This document shows, piece after piece, positions 60,709-64,000 of a stretch of 64,000 nt of DNA. The stretch is from the human T2T-CHM13v2.0 reference genome, Homo sapiens. The stretch is taken from the NCBI RefSeq assembly GCF_009914755.1, contig NC_060944.1, one strand, 5' to 3'. Position numbers and translations under genes: made by a program. Positions within the stretch are counted from its first letter, which is position 1. The number at the start of each line of letters is the position of its first letter. Below the pieces are notes generated by a model. That model ran no database searches. It worked only from the letters and a program-made list of their open reading frames with translations, and was not told where the DNA came from.

Positions 60709-60908
60709 TCAGGGTTAGCTCATGGGCCAACCTATTTTTATGAACACAATTTTATTGGGACACAGCTGTGCCCCTTTATTGATGCATTGTCTATGGCTGG
60801 TATCACGCTAAGACAGCACAGCTGAGTCGTTGTACCAGATGCCGTATGTACCACAAAGCCTCAAATGTCTACTATGTGGTCCTTCACAGAAAAAGCTTGC
60901 TGACTGCT
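60709..60908 (+). mobile_element. MER58A-like (hAT-Charlie)
   Basis: TTTTATTGGGACACAGC...TTGTCTATGGCTG...CACAAAGCCT...CCTTCACAGAAAAAG. Confidence 0.8.
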
Positions 60909-61175
60909 CCCGGATGTGAGGGGCCGGTCATGCATCCTGTGGCACCTTGTAGGGTATTTTGTGAATGAAGGACTAAGAAAATGATAATGGGTACCAGGAA
61001 TCAAAAACTCAAATGATTATAGAAAGAAGAAAAATTAAACACAGCAGGCCATGAGAAAACTGTTGTGAACTGGAGTGCTTGTTCTGCATCTCAAGGTGAC
61101 AGCATCTGCTAAGCTCAGAGATTGCCATCTGGCAGGAATGTAGACCCAGTATTCCCAAACCTTCTGATTCATGAA

Positions 61176-61541
61176 TGATATGGTTTGGCTGTGTCCCCAC
61201 CCAATCTCATCTTGAATTTCCCATAATTCCCACGTGTTGTGGGAGGGACCCAGTAGGAGATAACTGAATCATAGGGGTGGTTTCCCCCATTCTGTTCTCG
61301 TGGTAGTGAATAAGTCTCATGAGATCTGACGGTTTTATATGGGGAAACCCCTTTTGCTTGGCTCTTATTCTCACCTTGCCAGCCTCCATGTAAGACATCC
61401 CTTTGCTCTTCCTTTGTCTTCTGCCATGATTGTGAGGCCCCCCCAGCCATGTAGAACTGTGAGTCCATTAAACCTCCTTCCTTTATAAATTACCCAGTCT
61501 CAGGTATGTCTTTATCAGCAGCATGAGAATGAGCTAATACA
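61176..61541 (+). mobile_element. THE1B/C solo LTR inserted in a MER102-like relic
   Basis: TGATATGGTTTGGCTGTGTCCCCACCC...TAAATTACCCAGTCTCAGGTATGTCTTTATCAGCAGC...CTAATACA; TSD ATGA(A/G). Confidence 0.92.
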
Positions 61542-63137
61542 ATGAGCACTCATCAATCTGGATTTTCATGTGAAATCTCAATTTTTTAAGTGTTGGTAAC
61601 TACATTTAAAAATAAATACTGTGGGTATCTATAGGGGCCACCTATTTTTGTTATCTTCTGGGTCAGCAGGGAATGTCCTTATCTTTCTTGTTTCTGATCA
61701 GGCTACAGGAAAATGGATTGCTAGAGAACAGAGGTTTTGTGACGGAGTGGTATAAGAAGAAATCTGATGGCCAAGGGCTTGTTACTGGGTCTGTTTCAAA
61801 TGCCAGCACCTTCTGTGTCTGCCTTCAGACAACACCAAACACCTAAATCATCTTGGTAAACACAGATAGAAAGAGACAGAAAGGTTAAAAGTATACTCAT
61901 AATCACTTGCTTTTTTTCCCCTCCTAAACGTGTTTGAGAGCAATATTGTTTCGTAAAAACAAAATGACCCCATTTCTAAAGCAATATTCATGCTAAGCTA
62001 CTCAGCTGTTAAGTATAACCAGCAGTTTGCATTATGATGAAGCTAAGCCAGAATTTCAATTATTTTCTGGACACATTTAAAATTATAATACTTTACTGGG
62101 TTAGTGTTATAGTTCATTCAAATTACTCACAAACTATCATATCAATCTCTTGCAACTGCTAATGCCTTACAGATGCGTGAAGTTAGGCGAAATAAGAAAC
62201 TGACCAGGGTAATGACTTTCATACTGGCATTGTATTTTAAGGGATACATGTCCCTAAGTATTTGGATGGCTAATGGTCAAAAGCTAGCTCTTACTTCTTA
62301 TAATATTTAGGCTAAAAGATATAAAAAGAGGATAGAGACCATTCTTTTTCCTATTTCCAGGAAAACATCTGGGTCTGTACAAAAATTCCCAGCAGTCCAC
62401 TCTACCCCTCCTCCCCACAAATTTTACCTCTTCTGACAAATGACTTTAGAATTCTGTCTCCAAGTACCCAAGGGTGGCATTGCTTTATTTTCTCCCTCTG
62501 GGACACTGTTGCCACCAACCCTTGAAATCTTCAACATTCTTGCCTCTCTACAGACACTCAGCTTTCAGTGGTGTACCTCAATGCAGACCAGCAGTGAGAG
62601 CAAAATTCATCAAGTGCAGGTCCAGTTAATCGACAAAGATTTATGAATGTCACCACCAGCAGGTGCTTAAAATGTGGATCTTCCTGAAGAAGGCGTGCCA
62701 CTCTAAGCCTCTCCTAATCAATGGGAGCCTTTCATGCCCTTCGCAAAGTCTGGAATACCATGTGCAAAAATGCGTTCAGGTTAATTTATGACTGCCTCTC
62801 CAAAGGTTCTGTCACTTGGCCCTGTGTTCTGAGGGACACGGTGTCACTTAAAAAGCAGGAACCATGGGAACAAGCTGTTTTGGACTTGCTCTGAATGCTA
62901 ACTGCTAATGCAGTGAAGTTAGCCAAATGCCCAGAATCAGCAAGGGGGCTTGGACAGCTAATATGAGGCTTAGCCACATGCAAGCTTACAGACCCAGGTG
63001 GGATCCAATCAAATAAATACATTAGAAGCCTATTTAAAACACTTTTTACTATTCAGATTGTCTTTGCATTGACAAAGAAACTACAGCAAAACAAGAAATG
63101 TATCCTTTTTTTAGTGTCTTACCCTTCATATCTAGAG

Positions 63138-63345
63138 TTGCATTGTCCAGAAAAAAAGCTACTTGGCACCTGTGGCCATTTATATGTCGATTTGAATCAA
63201 TTAAAATGAAAGAAAATGAAAAATTCCTTTCTTCATTCGAACAAGCCACCTTTTAAGTGTTCAGTATCTACAGGAGGCTGGTGGCTATGGACAGCTTGGG
63301 TGTCTAATATGTCTATCATCTAGAAAGTTCTGTTGAGAAGTGCTG
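63138..63345 (-). mobile_element. MER3 (hAT-Charlie)
   Basis: TTGTCCA...CACCTGTGGCCATT...ATCATCTAGAAAGTTCTGTTG. Confidence 0.7.
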
Positions 63346-63525
63346 ACCTAGAGATTTTTTTTTTTGGTCAAAAGCATCTTTGTGGCTATATTATCTGTCT
63401 GCTTGTCTATCAGGTTTTATTACCACCTATGGCAGGATTTCCCAAGTATGATATAGGCACCACTCAAGTTAATTTTAACATGAATTTTTTTAACTTCTAA
63501 AACGTATATAGTTATTTCAGGGTGA

Positions 63526-63937
<412 letters not shown>

Positions 63938-64000
63938 TAATGACCAAATTATGGAGATGGGAAAAGGATTGTTACCTAAGGGAAAGAAAGGGGGGGGTAG

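Overview
This is human non-coding genomic DNA, either intronic or gene desert. The human-specific L1HS-Ta diagnostics fix the species; I could not identify the locus. I recognise no protein-coding exon, RNA gene or CRISPR array, and the supplied ORFs are repeat-derived, low-complexity or unrecognisable. The window is dominated by about 22 Alu copies/monomers, many MIR and L2 relics, MaLR/ERV1 solo LTRs (THE1, MLT1, MER50) and hAT-Charlie DNA transposon fossils (MER3, MER5, MER20, MER33, MER58, MER102-like). Between them lie repeat-free stretches that look like cis-regulatory elements. The main observations are: (1) a very young, 5'-truncated L1HS-Ta insertion at 2627-2870 with a perfect 9-bp TSD and a 45-bp 3' transduction between two poly(A) tails; (2) a 1.27-kb, 45-unit minisatellite built from a perfect 20-bp palindrome, grown inside a MER33, whose last block carries a 5-nt insertion exactly at the palindrome centre; (3) a CpG-rich segment with a consensus CTCF site at about 57.5 kb; (4) an AT-rich, repeat-free element with two adjacent inverted repeats at about 10.7 kb. 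Repeat family names and old-repeat boundaries come from recalled consensus sequences and are approximate.
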